Assembly: GCA_964035545.1 (NCBI GenBank)
Contig: OZ037770.1
Coordinates: forward strand, 11,056,463 to 11,120,462
From: Bugula neritina
Taxonomy: Eukaryota; Animalia; Bryozoa
DNA: 64,000 bases
Direction of reading: 5' to 3'
Shown here: positions 34,798 through 47,624 of the stretch, in pieces
Layout: every line of letters begins with the position of its first letter
Position numbering within the stretch: the stretch's first letter is position 1
The notes under the pieces: generated by a model
Database searches by the model: none
What the model saw: the letters and a program-made list of their open reading frames with translations, nothing else
Told to the model about the DNA's origin: nothing
Program-made: the position numbers and the translations under genes

Positions 34798-37344
34798 TGT
34801 AGGTGGTGCCCTTCCGACTTCTAGCTGTGGACTGATTCTATACTGGCAAGCTTACCCTGTTATAGTCTAGATATCGGGCACCCCAAATTATAAAATATTC
34901 CATCAAAACTTCGGGCATCCCAAACTTCAGGACCTCCGAATCAGACACCCCGGACTTTGGGATGCATGAACTTTGGCCAAATAATCGCATTCACATGACA
35001 AAAAATAAAAATATTTTGATGGTATATGTAAAAGAAAGCTCACTCTAACTCTATTATAAATAACAATAAAAGTAATTCCAAAGGTATTTACATAAAAGAA
35101 AGATAATCCCACAATCTATTACATTCTCTCTCCAACAAAAAGTACCCCCTTTCTGATAACAACAATTCAGTACTCCCCAAAAAGAAAGAAACAAACAATA
35201 CATATATGAATAAAATGCATGAACTCTATTTCGGACACCTAGATTTTCAAAAATTGTAAATATGCGCCGTTAATATAATACATATAAAAACATTTACCCC
35301 GGTTAAGTACATTGAGGCACGACATTGGTGACTACGAACGGTGGCTTTCCACCATCCGCTCCACGCAGCATACCCACCTCCTTAGCATCTTTAACTTCTG
35401 AGTACATCGGCTCATCTGTTGCCATAAGAGCCAAATTTCTGCTTTTGGGAGGCTATCTGTCCCATGTGGTGTTCCATTTGCTTGTAGTGTCTGGGAGGGG
35501 GTTAGTCACCGCTCGTCTGTCCTTCGACTGGTTGGGTCATCTCCGACCTTGGTCAGCACGACCCAAAGTGGCAGGGTGACTGTTGACCAAATGGCTGGGT
35601 ATGGCGACTGATGTTTTTCTTTCGAGTCGTTCCTCATTAGCCGACATGTGGGGAACCCAATGGAGGGAGCTTCCCGTTTCTGGAGATCTTCCGCATGTGG
35701 TAGTACCAGGTCGCAGAACTCACTGAAGGTGGCGGCATACACGACAGATGTTCTGCTCGGTGTGGCAGCGGGCAATGCGCTGATGCCTTATCTCAAAGTC
35801 CTGCTGATAGGAAAATTCTCCACACAGGTAGAACATGTTTAAAAAATGTTTGAAGGCATATACCCTAAGCCGCCGGGTGTTCACGTTGGCCCATAACTGG
35901 CGGATTTTGCAATGGGCCGCGGGCGTTTAACGGCTTCCTCTCATTGCGAGGACTATTCCTGTGACCATGTCCTTTTGCGCCACAACCCCAGCATGAAGTG
36001 GGCCATGCTCCGGCAAGAGCCAGCCTTGACCTTGTCCATCGATCAGCGGGCTTCCCATGTTGGGAATGTTTTAGCTCCGCCATCAATTACTTTACCATCT
36101 GTCATTGCAGAGACTGGGACATTGATTAGACATGTTGCCGTCGAAATGAAAGCAGGTGCCGCATCCCACGTTTTCACTTCTACCTGATGAGTGTTCACCT
36201 TTAATATGTGCATTCTATGGCTTGGTAATATACCTGGTCATGTCTGAGCAACAGTTTGCTATATACAATCTGTGCCAGCCGTGCCACTGTCTCCATATGC
36301 TCCTGCAAAGAGGTATTAGGCTTATGCCTCAGTCTTCACAGGTGAGCTCTGTCATCACTGGCATTACTGTTGGTGATGCCAAAGCAGGAGAATCTCAATG
36401 CAACAAAGGTACTACTGACATTGGCTTTTAGGTCATAGGGTTTGGCCCGTACGATCAAACATAGCTGTAAGTCAAGGAGTGTTACACGAGGAGGCCATTT
36501 AGAAATGGCTGCAACATTGATAAACTTTATGATAAACTGCTCTATGTCTTCATCTTCATTAAAGACAAGACCTTTAAGGCAGTACCTGTCACCAGGAGAT
36601 GCCTAGTCAGTCTCGTTGTTACAGAGGGGAGGTGGGACAAGAGCTTCAGCCGCCTCTCATTTGTCCACCGCGGGATCCACAGCTTCCTCAACCCCCTGGG
36701 GGTCCAATTTCTACCACACATCTTTCTTTAGCCACTGCTATGTTGTTGCTCCATTTCACTGGAGGAGCATTGGTCCCAACAATTATATCCCACGACTGTC
36801 ACCACTGTTGTAATTTTGTGCAGTGACTAAATTACTAAGCGTAAGTTTTGTGGAACCAATGCTAGAACATAGCTCTTTATTGCGAGTGAGACAGCAGAAT
36901 GACTTAGGTACATCAATCAATAATTATATTTACAGATAATTAGTACAAGAAAAGATATTAGTTATAAAAATCAACAGTGAACTATAGAACTACACATAAG
37001 TAAAGTTTCTATCCGAGTGTGTCAGTCCATGTGAATCATCCTGTTTATATAGCAAAGCTTTGTTCCTATCGGTTTGTGTCTTCCGGGTCTGCTGCGAGTC
37101 TCAATTCCGGCAGCAGTGACCGCTATTTTGCTGCGGAGAGGGTGCAAAATCCTGTCGGTAGAATCATTCAGTGCACATGTGTGCGCGTCATGTGTTATGA
37201 TGTAAAAATAGAAACAGTATTTCTTACGAAGTGGTAGTGAGCCTCTCGCTGAGCTGTAATAACAGTCATGTATTATTAATCAAGCAGATGGTAAATGTCA
37301 CGGCAATGTTGGGGGGTAGCATGATGTATGTCACGCCGACTACA
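34798..37344 (-). mobile_element. Degenerate pol-less Gypsy remnant related to the young element (LTR 36806-37344, PBS 36787-36804, gag remnant, ORF3 remnant, PPT, LTR-like 34798-35123)
   Basis: PBS TGGTGACAGTCGTGGGAT; gag DRYCLKGLVFNEDEDIEQF...KWPPRVTLL...AKPY matches young gag [19 protein letters not shown]...QWPPRVALL...AKPY; CWGCGAKGH knuckle; PPT GGAGAGAGAA before TGTAATAG. Confidence 0.85.
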
Positions 37345-38414
37345 ATATTTTAATCATGGCAAGACAGCCATGGTAATCTATAGTATTCTACGCATTATAT
37401 ATATTATTCTATTATATATTACATATGCACTAATGCAGTAAGAAACACCGTGCATAAGATAGGCTGCAACTAATTTGTGAAGTATAATAATATAATATAT
37501 GAAGAGTGCTAGGTTACATATGGACAGTACTGGTTGACTATATATGCATTGAAAAGAAATATTGTAAAATGGATTGGTATTTTGCCATATGTTTGTAGCA
37601 GGTTACCCTCAACTGCTTTTCATTTTGCTATTTTAGTATTGAGCTAAAGCTTTCTTTTTGCTCTTTTGTGATCAAAATAAAACTAGGTATTTCAACTTGT
37701 AATTTGTATTTCTTATACGTATCATATAATCTTAATCATTATGGTTGCATGTTTTAGATGTCAAAATGATATTATTAACTATATAATATTTTTGCATTGC
37801 ATAACCCTGGTCTCCATAATAATAAAATTCAGATAACCGCTGAAGTATCAGGGTTGCAGGCATTATATCGCTATGAGTGCTTGGAAGAGCATATATATCT
37901 ATACTTTAAGGCATAATAAAACAATAAATAAATACATTAATTTAAATAAGGCAAGGTAATAAATGATGAAATTCTTTTTGAAGATGATTGATAACACTGA
38001 TTGAACAAGTGTCTTCACAGCATATCTTTTTCAGCAATTGTTGCTTATCTTAGTATTCAAGTGAAGAATGAAATTCCTATTTACTGTGAGTTCATATTGC
38101 TATAAACTAACTGACTGGTAGCTATTTGCTATTTGCTCAACTATTCTTGAAGGAGCATGAACTACAGTAGGACACCAAAAGTAATATAGTAGGTACAGTA
38201 CCGGAATTTCTATTACTGTTTCAAGTATGTAAGTTTATATTAATAGAAACTGTTTCTTATTATTTTAACATCAAAACTGAACATCTGAATAATGTTATTA
38301 AATATATTGCTTTGTATTCTTTCAATGATAAAACCACTAAAGACACACAAACACACAAGGGCACATATTGATTTCTGTATTCGATGTAATGCACAGCAGA
38401 CTCAATTTTAGAAA

Positions 38415-41400
38415 ATGGCAGCTGCTGCAAGTTCAGATACAATGTCGAGGAAATGTGGGTTCTGCCTTCAAGTAGATGATGATTTGGTAGATCCTAAGCA
38501 ACTTCCCTGTTCTCATATACACTGTGGTCAGTGTCTCAAAGAGGCCTTTAGTATTGCAAGAATACTGAGGTGTCCCCATTGCAGGTAACAAACAGTTTGT
38601 CAAATGATATTTATCAAAAAAGCTTTGAGTGGCATGTGGTTTGATGAAATATGATATCTTATAATTCTTTCTCAACGTTTAAATGCATTGATTCTAATTT
38701 TTTGTTTAAATAAAGATGTAAGTCAATAGATTGATTGGTTTTAACTGTTAGACTGTTTTGGCACCTGTATATCTATGTCGACTTGTGTTTGAATATTTTT
38801 GGCTGCTGCTTTTGTAGTACCGGTCCAGTGCAAGGAACTTTTTTTCAGCTCAAGCATATTTTCTTTGTAATTTAAAATAAAATGTAAACTAATTGTTTTT
38901 GACATATAATATACTTGGGAAAAAAAATTACATTTATTCAATTAAATTGTAACTGATGAAACTATACAAATTATTATTTCAGAGTTTTGTAAAACTTCAA
39001 TAAGCCAAGCTAGAGTCAATAAAAAATATTTTAATACACAATATTTCAAACTTATTACATTATAATACAATACTTTTTATAAAGGTTTAATCTTTGACAA
39101 AGATGGTTTTAAAAAGTGGTACTGTTTTCCCAACTGTTCCTTACAAATATATGCATTGCACTGGTTTTGTCGCTTTAAATCATCATTTCAGCCTTAAAAT
39201 GCTGTTTGTAGTCAAATATTTGAAGGAGATGTGAAAAATTTGCCCTCCGCTAAAGAGCCTACAGAAGAATCTTTACAAATAATATGCGATCCTTGTTATA
39301 AGAATAGAGGAGAACGTATTGCAGCTGTTATTTGTTGTTCCTCGTGCAAAAAGAACTACTGCCTTTCACACAAGAAGGTGTGATATCATTTATACATACT
39401 ACCAAGTGGTTAAGTTGTTTAGGTTTTTGATAATCACTCACTAAACTGTTATTTCAACTCGACCAGCGGCGCAAAAAATTAAGTTTTATGCATTTAAACA
39501 GAAACTTAATTCAAAACATAATGTCACTTCTTTGCATAATTATAAAATTTAATAAATAGCTTCAAATTAAATAAACTGAATATTGACCATTTTTGTAAAA
39601 ATTTGGCAGCAAATCAAAACACACTAAAAAATTTTGCTTCATGTAAATAGTTTTTTATTAAAATTTAAATAAAAGAAGGATAGAAATGTGGTGTTGAAAA
39701 ACTAATATAGAAGATATCAATGAGTCATCAAAACCAAGTTTTGGTAGCGAAAGCAATGGAATTATTTTGGCTAGTAAAACATAATGAGTTGTTCAATATA
39801 TTATATTGAAATTATATTTTAATTTGTTACAGAAACATAAAGAGATGCTTGGTGACCATGAAACACTGACAATACAAGAATATAGAGCAAATGCTAACAA
39901 GATGAAAGTTAGATTCTGTGATAAACATAAAGATCAGCCTTACAGTGTTGGATGTAGAGATTGTCTGAGTCTCTGTTGTGTAAAATGTCTGTCTGGTTTG
40001 AAAAACTGTACCACGGGTGAGTGGATCAAAATTACACATAGGCATTAGTAATTGTTTAATAATAATATAGTAGCACTAGTGATTGGATAACAGAGAGCGT
40101 AGAGAATTTCAGGTACCCATTATTGTTTCCCCATGTAGCGTGTGCCTCTGTCATGCTACTTTGTATACCCCATTGAATACCATTGCCCTCTCGTAAATTA
40201 CTATGCAAATCCTTTGTAACACATGCCTGACTTAGATTACATACAAAATTAATCTGGTTGGCCAACAATAATATGGGTGATCACAGCATCTATACCCCCT
40301 GTTCACACATTGCCGTACGGTACGCCGTAACAGCAAATTTTCGCCATCTTTGTTAACATCAGGGCTGAATCGTACTTTGGTATACACTGCGGCATTGATC
40401 AAGCAGTGCTTGATTCAAAAAATCGCAGCAGGCCCCCATTGGGTAGAGTTGATCTGGTACTAAAATTTAAAAAACATTTTCACTAGTTTATTTTAATCGC
40501 TTATTGTCAATTTAAATTAACTAATTCAAAATTTTTTAAAGATCAAAAATCTTTTTCCGGCTTTTGTAAAATTGAACTCAGCTTAAAATTTAACTTTTTC
40601 CTAATTAGAAAAGCACGTAAACCAAAAACTTAAAAATCATTTGGACAGCTAAAATATTTATTATTCAAATTAGTTCGCACAATTATTTTGAAGCACAATT
40701 AAATTTAAAAGAGAATTCTTCTTTGAATTTATTTAAATGGTGCGACAAATTTGTGAATAATATCCAAATGCATTCAAATTACCGCAGACAATAATGAACC
40801 TCATTTTGATTGGTCACAACTCAACGTCATGCGTTGTACTTTATGTCAATGTGTGAACGCCTGTTAACAAAACGTAACAGCGGCGCCATTCTGTGTGTGT
40901 TATTGCGGTTCACGGTATGGCAATGTGTGAACAGGAAGATAGATGGTCACTCAAATTAATTAGAGCTACTATGATACTGCATAGTTGCCGCAGTGACAAT
41001 AATCCGGCAGGCCAATCACACTGCCTCGGCGAAACAGTCACACTTTGGTGCTACTCACATACAGTCTTAAATCATATTGTATTACTAGTTATTATATTTT
41101 TCTCATTAACTGACAGACTTGGGCTTTTTTTGTGCTGCAAGTCACCAATACACTGAATCAAAATGTTGAAGATTTTGAAGCACTTTTAGCTAGTAACTAC
41201 TAACAGTCAATAGATTAGTAAATACTGAGCCCTTGAGAAGGTTTGAAGTAGTACACACAGTATATAAATTGCACAAGACTGGTACATATACAGAGGTTAC
41301 CACTTATTAACTGCCATTGTTTCCTTATAACTGTTAGGTGCTTCTCACAAACTCCTTTCCATAGAGGAGTTACTTGCTGAGTTGATGAAAGACATCAACA

Positions 41401-44400
41401 AGTTGACCTCTGACCTACTGAATAAAGAAGGAGAGTTGTCTTCTCTAAGTAAGAAAGCTGGTAAATCAATATCTGAGTTTGAGACACAAACTGACACGTT
41501 TATAAAACTTCTGCACACAACTAGAGATAAGCAGGTAAAACATATATGGTTATTTTTTGTTATTAAACTAAAAAAAGTATGTTTAAAATTTTGAAAATGT
41601 CATGCAGTAAATTTCACGCTCTATCTAATAATATATTTTTTCTGATGAGCAATATACGTATGTTATATCACTTCTAAATCGGTTGTGAGAGTTTCCACCC
41701 ATCAATTTGCTTTATAAAGAACAGATATATGTAGTTTAAACAGATGTGGAATATTTGTCTAATATTATGCTGGAATGCTATTATAAGCAATATATAGAGT
41801 TATTTATATAATTTTTTATTATAAGAGTTGTCATGCAGAAAGTGTAGAAGCCATTTAATGTTCTGGTTGAGCGGCCATGTTGCTAATTGCTTGTTCTTCT
41901 TTCAGATTTGTTTATGCAACAACAGTAAACATAATACATTTAAAATATTGCTTTCAGATAATATTATATTACTTTTGTTTCCTATTACATCTTTTCATTT
42001 TTACTACCAATATTTATTACTAATCCTAGTTATTATTACTTATATAGATGTAAAAATTATTATTTATAAGTTGTCTACCAGTAGAGTAGTGTAACCAATG
42101 CCTGTTGCTTGACAGTTTGGCATTAGCTTGTTTATGGTAAGACAAGGTGATGCAGTGCTTAACAGCTTAATTAAGAGCTTTAAACACTATACGTATAACC
42201 TCATAACAAATCACATTTGGAAAACAGGCCTAGCCAAAACCTAACCAATTCAATAACTTCACTACATTTTAAAGCAAAATTTTATAATAGTAATCCTGGT
42301 TTTTTAGCCAAACAGTCAAATCATGCATTTCTAAACTAACAGCAGCCTCATTTGAAAATGATGAAAACTAGAATTGCCAAAAATATGTGCCTATAAGAAA
42401 GCTATAATATGGTGAACTGGTTGCTTTTAGTAAAAGTTGCTTTGATAGGCAGACATATTTACTAATTTTTGCTAGTTTTGTTCTAACATACCAATAAATG
42501 CTAAAACTGAGCACTCAAGAAAAATTTGTATGTATGGCAATACCACTGAATTTTATATAATAAAATGGTAATCAAAAATTTAAAAATATTATATATGCCA
42601 TAAAAAACTACCACGCCTTTATTAGCAAAGTACAAGCTTAAAACTTGGTTTCACAAATTGCAAAATTTTATATTAGTGCTGTACTGTTGTTATTAATATT
42701 ACATGTAGCTACAAGCTATTACACTGGAATACCAGAAGTTAGAGACTCAATTCATGGAACAGAGAAAGGCTAGACAAGCTCAAATAAACAAATTTCTGGA
42801 AGAAAAAGTCAATACAGTTTGGTCTACAATTCAGCTACAGAGGTTAAGAATTGAGGCTAAGCTCAAAAAACTTCATCAGGTCAGTTTTTTGGTTACTACA
42901 TATGCACAGCTTTACATTGCATAAATCTCCTGTTGACCAAATACTAAACTCAAGTTCTTTTATTAGCTTATTGCATGTCCAGCTGCCTATATATTAAAGA
43001 AAGTGGCCGTCAATGATATACGGTAGTTTGCAGTGCATAGATATAAAGACTCATTTTACAAACTTAAGGTTTAAATTATAAGCCAAAGGTGGGGTACTTA
43101 ATATATATTGTTCTTTAGCGCATGCAACTTACTACTCTATGTTAAAAGGTGGATGTGATTACCCAATACAGACAAACTAAAAACGAATTTGGAAAGCTTA
43201 TAGCTATGGAGATGCCAGAATTATTTTTGGAATTTCCAACTCTGCATACTATTGGTAAAAAAACCCATTTGATTTCCCATAAATTAGTTTTATGATAATA
43301 ATCAATTACTACCAGTTATTTGTTAACAAATGATTGTTTTTAGCACACAAACAGCTCTGTTTTATTTATTTCATCAATATATATATACATAAAGTAAAAA
43401 GAATACAATTAGGAATCACCCAAAGAAGGTAATGATGGGGCCCAATGGTGCGCCATAGCAGAGGCTAGTGAAAGCGCAGGGCCTAAAATGAATAACAGTT
43501 AGTCAGTTAAGTCAGTCAAGTTATGTGAATTAAATTGAGTCCGTTAAGTAAGTCAAGAAAGTAAGTCAGTAATGTATATTGTATCATTAGTGAAGATGTT
43601 ATTTGCTTATTTCCCTATAGAATTTTTGTTTTTCATGTGAGAATTTCTATTTTTTTAAATCGGTAAACTATATATGTTTAGATTTAAAAAAGAATATTGC
43701 GATAAAAATGGGACAAGAAGATTTTGCTATTGGTAAGCAGTTTTCTCTATCTGTTTTTATTTACCTTTAACTTTTGGATAGGTAAAAATTGCAGTAATTA
43801 AATACGATAAATAATCAATTATTAATATAGTCTACATAAGAATACAAATGATAATTATCAATAGTCCAGTTTTGTCATATTATTTTTATTCTAAAAGAGC
43901 AATATTTGATACTGGAACTTTTACATTTTACACTGTAAAAACACAGCTGACAGTTCAATTAAAAATTAACTTTCAACAACTCACAAGTTAACTTATTACC
44001 GTTATCTGCTTCACCAGGTGGACAAGTCTACTGGGAAGAGCCAATTGCCAAACAACAGAAAATCTTATTGAAACCAGAAAGTGCAGAGTATCAAAGTGTA
44101 ATGAAATCTTTCAGCCAGCATGCTGTTCAGACAATGCTAGCTGGTGGTTCTATGCAATCTAACAACCAGACTCAGGTAATAACTTAAATTAAGCTGATTT
44201 AAGAAATTTTTAATATAACCTGCTTTTTAGTCGCTATATATCTAGCAAACTAAACAAAGCAAATTTTTAGCTAGAAAAAATTTAATGTTACTTCAGTGAT
44301 ACTGTAACTTTCCTATTTTAGGTTAATAATATAAGACTTCATGGTGATCGAAGACGCCAATTTCCAAAAGTTGCCCAGTCTAATCAGTCCATTGGCAAAA

Positions 44401-45738
44401 AGTTCCGGGTAAACAGCTTTACCTACAAATTAAAATGTTGCTATATCAAGCTGCTGCTAAAACCTATTGCTTATTTTGCTAATTAAAATGTTATTTACAA
44501 TGCTGAAAAATTCCAGTTGATTTTTCTCTTTTTAGATAGAAGTTTATCGCGTACAAAATCTTGCCCACTACAGAAAATACATGGCACATAAAACAAGTGC
44601 TTCTAAACAGCAAAGTAGACAAAGAAATGCAGTAGTGACATCTCATCTGTGGTTTCAAACAACACCAGATGACATCCCTTCAATTGTTTCAGGGAATTTG
44701 TTTAAACAAAGTGAGTCAGGTGAGGTATAGAGTAATTTACAAATATGATTATTTGTAAATTAACAGCTATATATAGGCCATAGGTTATTCAATAGGTAGA
44801 ATGGCATATTGTATAGGTTTACTGTTAAGCAGAACATCTCATTCGAAATCGAGGCTGGTTGAACAGCAGACCCTATTTATGAAATTAAAGCTCTGCAAAA
44901 AAACTTCAAAGTCTCGAAATACTTCTGTACCTTTAAGAAAATTGAACTTTACGTTTTGTTTAAATTGCAACTTTTATTTTAGATGATTTGTACTATAAAC
45001 TTATGCATTTATGGATCTTGAGCTATAACATAAGTTTCAAAGCATTTGTTCAACAAGTATATTTCATGCACTATAGAAAATAACTTCAAGTCTTTTTTTA
45101 TGAATAAATTTAGTAAATGTTTGACAACCTTATCAACTAGCTCAGTTTGAGACGGAGTTCTTTTGGTAAGATCACTAAATTCAAACTAGGAATATTTAAA
45201 TTCAGATAATTTAAGTAATCCTGCTTAATAATTTTTATACAAGGTGATCATAACACAGCCTGCTTCAATTATTATGCAAGCTATATTGGTTCTTCGGCTA
45301 TATATTTAAATGTGTTTTATATCTAGTTTATATATAATTTTAAAGGGCAGCTAGTAAAAAAACTTTACCTAAAAACAATAAATTATTAAAATATTTTTAG
45401 GTTATTATGGTAGAAAACCAAGCATCTCTCTTTATTCAGGAGCTCACGATGCTGCAGAACCAGCGACGGGTTATTATTGTCAGAGTGAATATAATCGTTC
45501 TCGAGTTTACGTAAGAACTCAGGCAATTACTAACAAACTAGAAAAAAGACAAACAGGTGGCTCTCTTACATCCGGCTACCAGCAATATGCAGATAGTCAA
45601 ATGAGCATGGCATTTAGCTCATCATACCAATCAGGTCTTGGTTTGTTTGCAGATAACCTACCCTGTTCAACCCAGTATGAGGTGTATGATGATACCGCTG
45701 TCTATCCTGAATATGTTATCATTACACGTTCCTTATAA
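38415..45738 (+). CDS. TRIM-like copy C with C-terminal PARP-like (probably inactive) domain. Exons 38415-38584, 39212-39377, 39833-40016, 41338-41534, 42709-42879, 43149-43254, 43682-43732, 44018-44175, 44322-44408, 44536-44719, 45401-45738
   Basis: RING, B-box, B-box and coiled-coil exons parallel copy B. The last four exons give YW...LKPESAEYQSVMKSF, IEVYRVQN...Y, HLWFQTT, GYYG, DN...YEVYDDTAVYPEYVI. All junctions GT-AG and in frame with no internal stops. Confidence 0.8.
40298..40935. mobile_element. MITE with ~21-bp TIRs (PIF/Harbinger-like) in intron 3 of copy C
   Basis: CCTGTTCACACATTGCCGTAC ... GTATGGCAATGTGTGAACAGG (1 mismatch); TSD unclear. Confidence 0.75.
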
Positions 45739-45888
45739 TTAAGTAGCGTCATTTTCATCCTTTCATTAAGCTTAAGGATAGACTTTTTTTCAATTTATTC
45801 TGCGTGTGAAATTGGAAATAATAATCAATTTGATTTTTCTAGATGTTATAATAAAGAAGTTTTTTATCTATGTTGTTTGGAATCCCGA

Positions 45889-45953
45889 AGCCCCTGTAGC
45901 ATAATTGCATGGTTATAGCACGCCTGCTTGCAAGCCGAAAGTCTGGGGTTCGA

Positions 45954-45992
<39 letters not shown>

Positions 45993-46005
45993 CGCGGGTG
46001 TGTGT
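45889..46005 (+). mobile_element. tRNA-like SINE head followed by (GT)n
   Basis: B-box-like GGTTCGAAT running into a GT microsatellite; no complete cloverleaf. Confidence 0.4.
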
Positions 46006-47624
46006 GCTATTGGATTATTCATGAAATTATCATATTGTTGTATTATTTGACCAACATAACAATAATTATGAAGTTCAATATATACTAGAATCAAGATATT
46101 CATATATAATGCATGTGTTGCTTAGTTTATTTCTATTAAATCACCCAATTAATTAGTTTTAAAGATTTTTAAAAAGATATTACTAATACTACTACTATAT
46201 TATTATACATCTAATACTTTTAAAACAATTATTTTTGCAATAAACTACTCAATAAAATAATACACTATATTAAAGCGTTGATGAGAACGGAAATGCCTGA
46301 TTTAACTAAAAGATGTTCAAATAATTTGGTAAATTATAATATGGCTACTAAGAATCTTAACATACTAGCAGATCTACTATCTATTATCTACTAGCAGATT
46401 ACCATGCATGCAGATTTTGTGAGTTTGGCTTTTACACACTAATTATATGTTTTTAATAAATAATGAACATAACATTATCTTTCGTAGCAGAAAAAACAGC
46501 ATTACATGATATTTCTTATTGTAATATATTCCGCAATGTTACATTTTCTGATATTAGTTGATGAGCTTAATTAAATATTTAAAGCCATCTCTAATAACAA
46601 AAGACAAGAATGTAGCTATAACGCATGTAGTTATTTTCATTTACTTTTGATCATCTACAATGTTGCTAGCTAGCGCACTATGTTACTATCACATTAAATT
46701 GTTATTTTTACTGAATGAAACTTAACTCATAGGATAGCAAATAGCTGCGGGTAGTGCTCAGCTGCATGCCTATATGGTGTATCATGAGTTGTGATGTCTG
46801 GAATAACATCTTATCGTAACTGCTCCTGCGTAACGTACCAGTAAAAACCCTCAATGTTGACATGTGGGCACAGTTATGTTAGTCCATCTACTTGTAATGT
46901 AAGATGTTCTCACAGAGACCTAGACTATTGACACACCTCAGTTCAATAACTATCAATTATAGCCTTAGTAACTTAGTTGTCTGCACAATTATTACTGTAA
47001 TAATAATGTTATACTATGCAACCAACTCAATAGTTATCACACAGATTTTGATTTATTTTATACACTGAGCAGCAGTGGTTTAGTAAATAGAAAGCTAGTG
47101 ATTTAAATCTGCAGGTAGAGGCCATGCATTCTATGCAAGATGATGGACATTCAGTTATAATTGTTTATTTTTCCATAATAGAAAACAATTACTTGGCTTT
47201 TCACAAGGGCTGAATTGAAGTGTTTCTATGCTTACATGCTTATATACTTTAACATATAGTGGCTTTTGCAGTAATGAAAGCATTTTGCACAGTTTTTCCC
47301 AAAGTAAACAATTAAGTAAGTTGCTTTGGATATTATAAAGTCAAATATATATGTCCAAAACTTGATTAGTTGAAATTTTTCATTGGCGACACAAATAATA
47401 TAGTCACAGATACTAAACTAATTGATAAAAATAGATATTTACCGAATTTGTTGAGTTACATTTAACCAAGTTTGAGTTTAAATTACAATAAGTTCACAAT
47501 AAACCAATGACATCAATATAATAGATTAATAGCATGTGTATACGTGTATATCCAAGATGCGTAAACGTAGAATATATTTAACTTCATTTCGAGCTGATGA
47601 ATTTCTGTAACTTGTAAAGTTCGA

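Noticed and set aside
45889-45955. Possible tRNA gene
   Set aside because: No acceptor stem or full cloverleaf; treated as a SINE head.
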